Below are positions 1 to 8,323 of a stretch of 21,112 nucleotides of DNA, in pieces. A model generated the notes under the pieces. The model was not told the origin of the DNA. It did not search any database and saw only the letters and a list, made by a program, of their open reading frames with translations. Origin of the DNA: Armatimonadota bacterium (GTDB taxonomy: Bacteria; Armatimonadota; SYMT01); contig JBKBRF010000073.1 in the NCBI GenBank assembly GCA_046292385.1, forward strand, positions 1 through 21,112, in the 5' to 3' direction. Each line of letters starts with the position of its first letter. Within the stretch, counting starts at the first letter, position 1. A program made the position numbers and the translations under genes.

Positions 1-321
1 CCGGCTGTAAAGCGAGTACCCGCCCTGCAGCCGGCAAAACATACTCTGCGCCCCGGGGCGCACCAACTTTACAGCGTGTGACACTTGCCACCGCTTCCCC
101 GCCAGGGGAATCTCGCCGAAGGGGTCGGCCACCGATGATTTTCCTGCCCCGCTGATTTCGCCAACAGTATCCTTGCGCGGCCAACCTCTCGGGTTGCACG
201 AACTCCTGGCGAGTGGCCCTTGAGCTACGATGCGCACGCCGATGTCAGCCGACGCGCACGGCAGCCAGTTGCGTCTCGCGGGGCTCCCAATCCGCATCTC
301 TTCCGGGCAAGCGGGGCCGCA

Positions 322-330
322 TGGTATTCT
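322..330 (+). promoter_or_regulatory. Candidate extended -10 promoter (TGgTATTCT) for alaS
   Basis: TGnTATTCT lies 48 nt upstream of the alaS ATG as an AT-rich island in GC-rich DNA; no convincing -35. Confidence 0.45.
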
Positions 331-378
331 TAGCCGTCTCGCCGGCTCTCTTCGTCCGCATGGCGAGCGCTCAATCCC

Positions 379-2985
379 ATGCGCACCAGTAACGAGCTCC
401 GCCAAACGTTCCTCGAGTTTATGGAGGGGAAGGGACACCGGATTCACCCCGGTATCTCCCTGGTCCCCACCGATCCCTCGATCTTCCTCACCACCGCGGG
501 GGTGGTGCCGTTCCAGGCGATGCTGGAGGGCCGGGAGCCGGCGCCGTATCCGCGCATCGCCACCTGCCAGCGCTGCTGCCGCACCACCGACCTGGAGAAC
601 GTGGGCAAGCTCGCCCGGTACCACACCTTCTTCGAGATGCTCGGGAACTGGTCGTTCGGCGACTACTTCAAGCGGGAGTCGCTGACGTGGGGCTGGGAGT
701 TCATCACCCAGGTGCTCGGGATCGACGCGAACCGGATCTGGGCCACGATCTACCCGGATGACGAAGAGGCGTACGGCGTCTGGACCCGCGAGATCGGCCT
801 GCCGGACGACCGGCTCGTCCGCCTGGAAGACAACTGGTGGGGTCCGGTGCTGGAGACCGGCGCCTGCGGCCCGGACAGCGAGATCTACTTCGACCTGGGG
901 CCGGAGTTCGGCTGCGGCTCGGCGGAGTGCAAGCCGGGGTGCGAGTGCGACCGCTACCTGGAGTTCTGGAACCACGTTTTCACCCAGTACTACAAGCACC
1001 CGGACGGCAGCTTTACGCCGCTGCAGTCGAAGAACATCGATACCGGCATGGGCCTGGAGCGGCTCACCTGCGTGGTGCAGAACAAGCGGTCGGTCTACGA
1101 GACCGATCTCTTCGCGCCGATGATGGACCGCGTCGACGAGATCATCACCCAGGCGAGCGGCAGCGCGGGCGAGCGGGACGACTGGCGCAAGCGGGTGATC
1201 GCGGACCACAGCCGCGCCGCGGCCTTCCTGGTGATGGACGGCATCTATCCCGCCAACGTCGGCCGCGGCTACGTGCTGCGCCGCATCATCCGCCGCGCCG
1301 CCACCTTCGGCTTCCTGCTGGGGGTCAAGCAGCCGTTCATCCACCAGGTCGTGCCGACCGTGATCGAAAAGATGGAGCCGGGCTACCCGGAGCTGCGGGA
1401 GAAGCAGGAGATCATCCTGGAGCAGATCCAGCGTGAAGAGGCGCAGTTCGGCCGCACGCTGGACCGCGGCGTGCCGCTTTTCCTGGAGCGCGCGGAGGCC
1501 GGCGGGATCATCGACGGCGACTTCGCCTGGGACATCACCTCCACCTACGGCGTGCCGTACGAAGTGATGCGGGAGCTGGCCGAGGAGCGCGGCGCCGCGA
1601 TCGACGAGGAAGGATACGGCCAGGCGCGAGACGGTCACCGGGTCCGCTCCGGGAAAGGGGTCGCGGTCAAGTCGAACGTCCGCGCGCTCTCCGTGCCGCC
1701 GACGGAGTTCCTGGGCTACGAGCTGACCGAGGCCGAGGGCACGGTCCTGACGCTTCTCCACGACGAGGACGAGGTCGAGTCGCTTGGAGCCGGCGAGGTC
1801 GGCTGGGTGGTGCTGGACCGCACGCCGTTCTACGGCGAGTCGGGCGGACAGGTGGGGGACACCGGGCAGCTCGTCGCCGGCGAGGGCGGCGCCTCCGCCG
1901 TGGCCACCGTGCTCGACACTCACAAGCAGGGCGCCTTCTTCCTGCACGCGGTCCGTGTGGAGCAGGGCCGTCTCCATACCGGGCTGAAGCTGCGTGCGGA
2001 GGTCGACTCGGAGCGCCGCGCCGCCATTCGCCGCGCGCACACGGCGACCCATCTCCTGCACGCGGCGCTGCGGCAGGTGCTCGGCACGCACGTAGTGCAG
2101 CGCGGCTCCGTGGTCGAGCCGGACCGGCTGCGCTTCGACTTTGCCCACGGTCAGGCGATGACTCGCGAAGAGCTGCAGCGGGTGGAAGAGCTGGTGAACG
2201 AGCAGGTGATCCGGGACACGCAGGTCGTCATCGAGAGCCGCTCGCAGGAAGAGGCGCGCGCGATGGGCGCGATGATGCTCTTCGGCGAGAAGTACGGCGA
2301 GATCGTGCGGGTGGTACAGGTCCCCGGCTTCAGCACGGAGCTCTGCGGCGGCACGCACGCCTCCAGCACCGGCACGATCGGCTTCGTGAAGATCGTGAGC
2401 GAGAGCAGCGCCTCCGCGGGCGTCCGCCGCATCGAGTGCGCCACCGGCCTGGCGTCCGTGGAGCTGGTCCGCCAGCAGGGCGAGCGGCTGCGTGAGATCG
2501 CCGACTCGCTCGGCGGACCGGTCGACCAGATCCAGGAGCGGATCGGGGCGCTGAAGGAGCAGATCTCCACGCTGCGCCGGCAGTTGAACGAAGCGCGGCA
2601 GGGGGCGGCCAGCGGCGAGCTGGAGCGGATCCTGTCCGACCGCCGCGAGGTGGCCGGGGTGACGGTCGTCGCCGCGCGGGCGGAGACCGCCGATCCGGAG
2701 GCGCTGAAGACGCTGGTCGACCGCGTGGCGGAGCAGATCCGCAGCGGCGTCGTCCTCCTGGCGGGTGCGTCGAACGGCAAGGGCCTGTTCGTGGCGAAGG
2801 TGTCGGCCGATGCCGTCGGCCGCGGCGCCCACGCCGGCAACCTGGTCCGCGAAGTGGCGAAGCTGGCGGGCGGCGGCGGCGGCGGCCGGCCGGAGTTCGC
2901 CCAGGCCGGCGCGAAGGACGCGGAGAAGATCGGCGATGCGCTCGCGGCGGTGCCGGGGCTGCTGGAACGGCAGCTTGGCGCCTGA
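379..2985 (+). CDS. alaS: Alanine--tRNA ligase
   Basis: 868 aa. N-terminal 'HTFFEMLGNWSFGDYFK', 'IDTGMGLERL', 'GRGYVLRRIIRRA'; editing motifs HTATH and ELCGGTH; C-terminal 'GGGGGRPEFAQAG'. Confidence 0.99.
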   Translation: MRTSNELRQTFLEFMEGKGHRIHPGISLVPTDPSIFLTTAGVVPFQAMLEGREPAPYPRIATCQRCCRTTDLENVGKLARYHTFFEMLGNWSFGDYFKRESLTWGWEFITQVLGIDANRIWATIYPDDEEAYGVWTREIGLPDDRLVRLEDNWWGPVLETGACGPDSEIYFDLGPEFGCGSAECKPGCECDRYLEFWNHVFTQYYKHPDGSFTPLQSKNIDTGMGLERLTCVVQNKRSVYETDLFAPMMDRVDEIITQASGSAGERDDWRKRVIADHSRAAAFLVMDGIYPANVGRGYVLRRIIRRAATFGFLLGVKQPFIHQVVPTVIEKMEPGYPELREKQEIILEQIQREEAQFGRTLDRGVPLFLERAEAGGIIDGDFAWDITSTYGVPYEVMRELAEERGAAIDEEGYGQARDGHRVRSGKGVAVKSNVRALSVPPTEFLGYELTEAEGTVLTLLHDEDEVESLGAGEVGWVVLDRTPFYGESGGQVGDTGQLVAGEGGASAVATVLDTHKQGAFFLHAVRVEQGRLHTGLKLRAEVDSERRAAIRRAHTATHLLHAALRQVLGTHVVQRGSVVEPDRLRFDFAHGQAMTREELQRVEELVNEQVIRDTQVVIESRSQEEARAMGAMMLFGEKYGEIVRVVQVPGFSTELCGGTHASSTGTIGFVKIVSESSASAGVRRIECATGLASVELVRQQGERLREIADSLGGPVDQIQERIGALKEQISTLRRQLNEARQGAASGELERILSDRREVAGVTVVAARAETADPEALKTLVDRVAEQIRSGVVLLAGASNGKGLFVAKVSADAVGRGAHAGNLVREVAKLAGGGGGGRPEFAQAGAKDAEKIGDALAAVPGLLERQLGA

Positions 2986-4936
2986 CGCGGCGCGCCGCGC
3001 CCGGACGTTCTGGCGAGGGTGCTTCGGCGCCCTCGCCGGTCTGCTACTGCTCCTCTTCGCCGCGAGGGTAAGCGCCGCGCCTCCCCCGCGGGCGGTGCTG
3101 CTCCTCTTCCCGGGGACCCCCTCGGAGCCATTCCTCGCGGAGCTCCAGCAAAAGCGCTGGGACGGCCTGCGGGCGGCGGCCGGCCTGGCGCTGATGAACG
3201 CCGCCGTCCCCGGCGCTCCCGACGAGCGTCTCCCTGCCTACGGCGCGCTGCTGCGCGGCCGCCGCATGCCGGCCCCGCCGGGGAGCGCGGGCGAGCCGCG
3301 GGACCTGTTCGAGAGCCTGCGGGAGGAAGGGCGGGAGGCGAGGGTCGTCCATCTCGCCGGCGAGCCGCTGGTGACGGGGCTCCAGGACCAGCTTCTTCTA
3401 AGGATTCCGAAGAGCGCAACCGTGCCGCCGGACGCACGACCGGAGGCGCTGGCGCGGGCCGCCCGCGCTCACCTGGACGAGGCCCAGCTCGTCACCGTGC
3501 TCCTCCCCGGCGGCGAGCCCACCGCGGCCCTGGAGGTGACGGAGCGAGTCTGGGGCGTGCTCGACCCGTCGCGGGACCTGGTGCTGCTCGCGAGCCCCGA
3601 TCCGGGGCTTGCCTCCTGGAACGGATGGCAGGGGCTCTCCCCCGTGCTGATGCTCGGCCGCGGAGCGGAGGGGCGGCTGCTGACCTCCGGGACCACCCGC
3701 ACGGCGGGGCTGCTCGCCAACACCGATCTCGCGCCGACCCTCCTGGAGCACCTGGGGGTGCCCGTGCCCGCGGCGGTGGAAGGGCACGCGGTCCGCACCG
3801 GTCCCTCGGGCGGTGCCGCGGAGCTGCTGCGGTCGGCCGCGAATGCCCGCGCCACCCGCACGGCGATCACCCCCGGGCTGCTCGGGTGGGGCGCGTTCCT
3901 GCTGGTCACCTTCGGCCTCAGCGGCTGGTGCGCGTTCCGGAGACGTCCGGGGCCGTTCGCGGCGTGCCGCCTCGTGCTCGCCTGGGGCGCCGCCTTTCCG
4001 GCGGGGATGCTGCTGGCGGCCTCGCTCGATTATCCGTCCGCGTGGGCGCTGATGCTCGGGATCGTCGCCGTCTCGCTGCTCGTCACGCTCCCCGCGGCGA
4101 CCCTGCGGCACCGGATCCCGCCGCTGCTCGTCGTCTTCACGCTGACGCTGCTCGTCCTGCTGGGGGACCTCTTCACCGGCGGCCGGCTGCTGGCGCGGAA
4201 CCTGATGAGCGACTACGCCAACATCGGCGCGCGCTACTACGGGATCGGGAACGAGTACCTGGGGCTGGTGGCGGGCGTGGCGCTGATCGTGCCGTTCTGG
4301 TGGGCCTGCCGCCGGGACTGCGCCCGTGTCTCACCGGCCGGGTGGGCGGTGGTGGCGCCGCTGTGGCTGGTCGTCCTCGCCGCCGTGGCGGCACCCGGCT
4401 TCGGCGCCGACTTCGGCGGCGCGCTCTCGTTTGCCGCCACCGCGGTGCTGGCGTTCTTCCTCGGCAGCGGACGAGGTCTCAAGCCGAGAAACCTGCTCGT
4501 GGCCGCTGGCGTGGCCGCAGCCGCGGCCGCGGTGGTGGTGCTCTGGGACCTGAGCCGTCCGCCCGACCTCCGCACCCACGTCGGCGACCTTTTCGCGGGG
4601 GCGCTGCGGGGGGAGCTCGGGCCGCTGCGGGAGATGGTCCGCCGGAAGGTCGAGCTGAACCTCACGATGGCGCTCTCCCCGTTCTTCCTCGGCTCGCTGG
4701 CCGCCGTGACGCCCCTTTTGTGGCTCTGGTATAGTAAGCACGGTCGCGAGGCATGGGCGGTACTCTCGGAGCGGCCGCTGCTGCGGGCGGCGGTGGTTTC
4801 CTCCGCCCTCGGCGGGGTGATCACCCTGCTCCTCAACGACACCGGTGTCATCGCCTGGGCACTCGCTACCGGCTGCGCGCTGTATCTCTGGATGGATACG
4901 CTTCTCGCGGCGCGGCAGGACGGTTCGACAGCGTAG
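2975..4936 (+). CDS. Uncharacterised polytopic membrane protein: signal peptide, degenerate alkaline-phosphatase-like extracytoplasmic region, about 10 TM helices
   Basis: GC3-rich frame within ORF 2765..4936. Start inferred at in-frame TTG 2975, overlapping the alaS stop by 11 nt. Hydrophobic leader 'ALAGLLLLLFAARVSA'; 'NTDLAPTLLEHLG' resembles the AP-superfamily C-terminal motif; loop motifs GARYYGIGNEY, GADFGG, THVG, NDTG. Confidence 0.8.
   Translation: MAPDAARRARTFWRGCFGALAGLLLLLFAARVSAAPPPRAVLLLFPGTPSEPFLAELQQKRWDGLRAAAGLALMNAAVPGAPDERLPAYGALLRGRRMPAPPGSAGEPRDLFESLREEGREARVVHLAGEPLVTGLQDQLLLRIPKSATVPPDARPEALARAARAHLDEAQLVTVLLPGGEPTAALEVTERVWGVLDPSRDLVLLASPDPGLASWNGWQGLSPVLMLGRGAEGRLLTSGTTRTAGLLANTDLAPTLLEHLGVPVPAAVEGHAVRTGPSGGAAELLRSAANARATRTAITPGLLGWGAFLLVTFGLSGWCAFRRRPGPFAACRLVLAWGAAFPAGMLLAASLDYPSAWALMLGIVAVSLLVTLPAATLRHRIPPLLVVFTLTLLVLLGDLFTGGRLLARNLMSDYANIGARYYGIGNEYLGLVAGVALIVPFWWACRRDCARVSPAGWAVVAPLWLVVLAAVAAPGFGADFGGALSFAATAVLAFFLGSGRGLKPRNLLVAAGVAAAAAAVVVLWDLSRPPDLRTHVGDLFAGALRGELGPLREMVRRKVELNLTMALSPFFLGSLAAVTPLLWLWYSKHGREAWAVLSERPLLRAAVVSSALGGVITLLLNDTGVIAWALATGCALYLWMDTLLAARQDGSTA
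4727..4735 (+). promoter_or_regulatory. Candidate internal extended -10 promoter (TGgTATAGT) upstream of ruvX-mltG
   Basis: TGGTATAGT with GTGACG (4706-4711) 18 nt upstream of the hexamer; coincides with AT-rich codons (CTT TTG ... TAT AGT) in a GC3-rich gene. Confidence 0.4.
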
Positions 4937-5002
4937 CGGTCAGCCCGCGTTCTTCCTCAACTTCTCTCGCTTCCTCGCCGGCCAGAGGCTGCATTAGAAA
5001 CC

Positions 5003-5449
5003 ATGCGTGTAGTTGCCCTGGACGTGGGGGAGAAGACAGTAGGGATCGCCGTTTCCGACGAGCTCGGAATCACGGTGTCGCCCCGCGAGACCCTGCGCCG
5101 CGACGGGACCGAGTTCGACCGCCTGGTCGACCTGGCGGCGCAGGAGCAGATCGGCAAAGTGGTAGTGGGGCTGCCGATTTCCCTCAACGGCAGCCTGGGC
5201 CCCTCCGCACAGCGCGTGCTCGTATTCATCGAGCAATTGAGGCCGCGGCTCACGATTCCGGTGGTGACATGGGACGAACGATTGACGACCGCCGAGGCGG
5301 AGAAGATGCTGATCTCTTCGCAGGTGCGGAGGGCGAAGAGACGACAGGTCATCGATCAGATCGCCGCGACTTTGATCCTTCAGAGCTATTTGCGGAGCAG
5401 CCAGTTAAGCGGAAGCGCAGCGCCGCCGGACGCTGGCTTCGAAGACTGA
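5003..5449 (+). CDS. ruvX: Holliday junction resolvase-like / pre-16S rRNA nuclease RuvX (YqgF)
   Basis: 148 aa; 'VALDVGEKTVGIAVSD', 'VVGLP', 'WDERLTT', 'IDQIAATLILQSYL'; conserved alaS-ruvX-mltG synteny. Confidence 0.96.
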   Translation: MRVVALDVGEKTVGIAVSDELGITVSPRETLRRDGTEFDRLVDLAAQEQIGKVVVGLPISLNGSLGPSAQRVLVFIEQLRPRLTIPVVTWDERLTTAEAEKMLISSQVRRAKRRQVIDQIAATLILQSYLRSSQLSGSAAPPDAGFED

Positions 5450-6441
5450 TCGCCGCGGGCCTGGTGCTCGCCGTCTTCGGCCTCGCCATCTGGCTGCCGA
5501 TCTACCTGCTCTCGCCGGTGCGGACCGCCGGGCCGCCGGTGCCGGTCAACATCCCGCTCGGCGCCAACGCGTCCGCCATCGGAAACGCCCTGGAAAAGGC
5601 GGGCCTGATCCACAACGCCACCGTCTTCACCATCGCCGCGCGTCTCTACGGCGAGAGCGGCAACATGAAGGCGGGCGAGTACAAGATCCCGCCGAAGCAC
5701 GGCGTCTTCGAGATCATCGACCAGCTCGTGGCCGGCAACTCCGAAGCGCAGTGGGTGGTGATCCCGGAGGGCCGCACGCTCAAGCAGATCGCCCAGGCGC
5801 TGGAGGCGGAGCGGCTTGCGGATGCGGAGGAGTTTCTCCGCGCGGCGCGGCGGCCGCCGTCGGAGTACGGTCTGGACGTAAGCCCGCGCTGGAAGACGTG
5901 CGACGGCTTCCTCTTCCCGGACAGCTACAAGCTTCCGAAGCAGGCCTCCGCTCGCACGATCGTCGCCGAGATGGTGAAGACCTGGAAGCGCAAGGTCTGG
6001 GAGCCGAACCAGGAGCTGTTCAAGAGCGCGTCGCTGACGCCGGACAAGATCGTCGTCGCCGCCTCGCTGATCGAGCGAGAAGCGCGGGTGCCGCAGGACC
6101 GGCCGCTCATCTCCTCCGTGATCCGCAACCGGCTGGCACGCAAGATGAAGCTCCAGATCGACGCGACCGTGCTTTTCGCGCTGGGACGGCACCAGCAGGT
6201 GGTCCTTTACAAGGATCTGGAAGTCGACAGCCCCTACAACACCTACAAGCACAAGGGACTGCCGCCGGGGCCGATCTGCCAGCCGGGGCTGGCGGCGATC
6301 GAAGCGGCGCTGAAGCCGGCGGACGAGGACTACCTGTTCTACGTGGCGATGCCGGACGGCAGCCACGTCTTCACCAGCTCCGCCGCGGAGCACGACCGCG
6401 CCGTGCGGGATGCCCGCCGGGCGCGCGGCCTGGCACAGTAG
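5404..6441 (+). CDS. mltG: Endolytic transglycosylase MltG (YceG family); start uncertain
   Basis: Basic stretch plus single TM helix, 'KAGEY', 'IPEG', 'GFLFPDSY', catalytic 'ASLIERE', 'LQIDAT', 'SPYNTY', 'GLPPGPI'. Start could be ATG 5269, GTT 5404 (GGAG 6 nt upstream), CTG 5446 or GTG 5464. Confidence 0.93.
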   Translation, partial: VKRKRSAAGRWLRRLIAAGLVLAVFGLAIWLPIYLLSPVRTAGPPVPVNIPLGANASAIGNALEKAGLIHNATVFTIAARLYGESGNMKAGEYKIPPKHGVFEIIDQLVAGNSEAQWVVIPEGRTLKQIAQALEAERLADAEEFLRAARRPPSEYGLDVSPRWKTCDGFLFPDSYKLPKQASARTIVAEMVKTWKRKVWEPNQELFKSASLTPDKIVVAASLIEREARVPQDRPLISSVIRNRLARKMKLQIDATVLFALGRHQQVVLYKDLEVDSPYNTYKHKGLPPGPICQPGLAAIEAALKPADEDYLFYVAMPDGSHVFTSSAAEHDRAVRDARRARGLAQ

Positions 6442-6448
6442 CGTTCGT

Positions 6449-7006
6449 ATGCCATCGCTGATCCACCAGTTCTGTCCGCAGCTCCGCGCCGGCCGGGTGT
6501 GGGAGATCGAGCCGTCGCTCCTCACGGAGCGGGGGGTGCGCGCCGTCATCCTCGATCTCGACAACACGCTGGTGCCATGGCACGGGAACGACCCGGCGCC
6601 GCGGGCGGTGGAGTGGATCCGCGCCCTGCGCGATGCCGGGATCCGGCTCTGCATTGTCTCGAACACGCATCGTCCGGGACGCCTGCGTAAGCTCGCGGAG
6701 ACGCTGGGGATCGACTACGTGCCGTCCGGCGGCAAGCCGCGCCGCCGCGGCTTCCTCCACGCGCTGCGGCTGATGAAGGTAGAGGCGGGCGAAGCGGCGG
6801 TGGTGGGCGACCAGGTCTTTACCGACATCTGGGGCGGCAACCGCTGCGGTCTGCTCACGATTCTGGTGGCGCCACTCTCGCCGCGCGAATTCTGGGGGAC
6901 GCGGGTGGTGAGTCGCAACCTGGAGCGCGCGATGCTCCGCATGCTGGAGCGGCAGGGCCTGGAGGCGGAGGAGCTCTCCGCCTCCCGGAGCAAGGGCGAA
7001 GCGTAG
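6449..7006 (+). CDS. yqeG: YqeG-family HAD IIIA phosphatase
   Basis: HAD motifs DLDNTL, VSN, GKP, VGDQVFTDIWGG; ATG 6449 lies 7 nt after the mltG stop. Confidence 0.92.
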   Translation: MPSLIHQFCPQLRAGRVWEIEPSLLTERGVRAVILDLDNTLVPWHGNDPAPRAVEWIRALRDAGIRLCIVSNTHRPGRLRKLAETLGIDYVPSGGKPRRRGFLHALRLMKVEAGEAAVVGDQVFTDIWGGNRCGLLTILVAPLSPREFWGTRVVSRNLERAMLRMLERQGLEAEELSASRSKGEA

Positions 7007-7387
7007 ATGGACGAGACCCGCATCCAGACGGCAAAGCTGGACGACAGCCAGGCCGAGCTGGCGATTACCTGGGGGGACGGCCACGCCAGCCGCTACCCGC
7101 TGCGCTACCTCCGCGGCAAGTGCCCCTGCGCGGCCTGCCGGACCGCCCGCGAGGAGGCCCGCACCAACCCGTTCCGCGTCATCAGCGGCGAGGAAGCCCG
7201 CGGCCAGGGCCGCATCGTCAACATCGAGCCGATCGGCCGCTACGGCCTGCGCCTGGTGTGGGACGACGGCCATTCCACCGGCATCTACACCCTCGAGTAC
7301 CTCCGCGAGATCTGCCCCTGCGAAGCCTGCACCGCCGAGCGCCCCCAGGAAGAGAAGCCCTGGGCGCACGGGATCTACATCGGGTAG
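7007..7387 (+). CDS. DUF971 / gamma-butyrobetaine hydroxylase N-terminal-like metal-binding protein
   Basis: 'ITWGDGH.S.Y....LRGKCPCAAC', 'IGRYGLRLVWDDGHSTGIYTLEYL'; abuts yqeG (TAG-ATG). Confidence 0.9.
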   Translation: MDETRIQTAKLDDSQAELAITWGDGHASRYPLRYLRGKCPCAACRTAREEARTNPFRVISGEEARGQGRIVNIEPIGRYGLRLVWDDGHSTGIYTLEYLREICPCEACTAERPQEEKPWAHGIYIG

Positions 7388-7541
7388 GGGATAGGGTTTA
7401 GGGTGTAGGGTGTCGGTATCGCAAGCGTCGCTCATCCAGCTCGAATGGCAGGTTTCCCTCGCCCGGCTCCGGACTGGTGTAGCCGCTTCCGAATGGCGCA
7501 CTACGGCCAGCACAGAACTGGACCCTAAACCCTATCCCCTA
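7385..7541. repeat. Heptamer (TAGGGNN) tandem inverted-repeat element with perfect 20-bp arms
   Basis: TAGGGGATAGGGTTTAGGGT (7385-7404) and its exact reverse complement ACCCTAAACCCTATCCCCTA (7522-7541); the left array continues to 7412. Confidence 0.9.
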
Positions 7542-7552
7542 GACCCTTCCCC

Positions 7553-8323
7553 ATGAGAGTCACCATTCTCGGCTCCGGTACCTCTCACGGGGTTCCTTCG
7601 ATCGGTTGCGGGTGCGAGGTCTGCACGTCGCCGGATCCGCGGGACCGCCGCACGCGCTGCTCGATCCTGGTGGAGTGGCGGGGGCAGTCGCTGCTGGTGG
7701 ATACCGCGCCGGAGCTGCGGCAGCAGGTGATCCGGAGCCACGTGCGGCGGGTCGACGCGATCCTGCTCACGCACTCCCACGCGGACCATATCTTCGGGAT
7801 GGACGATGTCCGCCGCTTCAACGAAATGCAGGCGGGGGAGATGCCGGTCTTCGGGCGGACCGATACCCTGCGGGACGTGCGGCGGAGCTTTCAATATGTC
7901 TTCGTTCCGACCCAGGTGGGCGGCGGTAAGCCCCGGCTGGAGCTGACGGAGATCGAGGGGGAGACGCTCCGCTTCCGCGATCTGCGGATCGAAGCGATCC
8001 CCGTCTTCCACGGCAAGCTGGAGGTGACGGCGTTCCGCTTTGCCGATTTCGCCTACGTGACCGACACCAGCGAGATCCCGGAACGTTCCATGGAGCGGCT
8101 GCGCGGGCTCGACACGCTGATCCTGGACGGCCTGCGGTGGGAGCCGCATCCGACCCACTTTTCGATCGACCAGGCGCTGGAAGTGGTGGAGCGGCTGCGT
8201 CCCCGGCGCACCTTCCTGACCCACATCGCGCACACCGTCGCGCACGCGGAAGCCGAGCGCCGTTTGCCCGATGGAGTGCGCCTCGCGTATGATGGGCTGA
8301 TTCTCGAGGTCCCCGACGCATAG
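7553..8323 (+). CDS. MBL-fold metallo-hydrolase, PhnP-like phosphodiesterase
   Basis: 'ILGSGTSHGVP..GCGCEVC', HxHxDH motif THSHADH, 'YVTD', 'HPTH', 'LTHIAH', 'LAYDGL'. Confidence 0.93.
   Translation: MRVTILGSGTSHGVPSIGCGCEVCTSPDPRDRRTRCSILVEWRGQSLLVDTAPELRQQVIRSHVRRVDAILLTHSHADHIFGMDDVRRFNEMQAGEMPVFGRTDTLRDVRRSFQYVFVPTQVGGGKPRLELTEIEGETLRFRDLRIEAIPVFHGKLEVTAFRFADFAYVTDTSEIPERSMERLRGLDTLILDGLRWEPHPTHFSIDQALEVVERLRPRRTFLTHIAHTVAHAEAERRLPDGVRLAYDGLILEVPDA

Noticed and set aside
76..378. T-box riboswitch upstream of alaS
   Set aside because: No T-box core (GGTGGnACCGCG-like) or U-tailed terminator on the plus strand; the candidate promoter is only ~50 nt from the ATG.
2765..2974. N-terminal extension of the membrane-protein ORF
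   Set aside because: Lies out of frame inside alaS with Arg/Ala-rich shadow composition; the signal-peptide-like sequence begins after 2975.
3019..4734. 571-aa alternative-frame ORF (also 2151..3437 minus and 837..1436 plus)
   Set aside because: Arg/Gly/Pro-rich shadow ORFs expected in high-GC DNA; no motifs; fully overlap better-supported genes.
4753..5268. MltG extended to 562 aa, or a RuvX-MltG fusion
   Set aside because: RuvX and MltG are in different frames, the upstream translation looks like shadow sequence, and no slippery site was seen.
7385..7541. CRISPR array, tRNA or eukaryotic telomere contamination
   Set aside because: No repeat-spacer periodicity, cas genes or cloverleaf; only one exact TTTAGGG on the left arm, embedded in continuous bacterial operon context.
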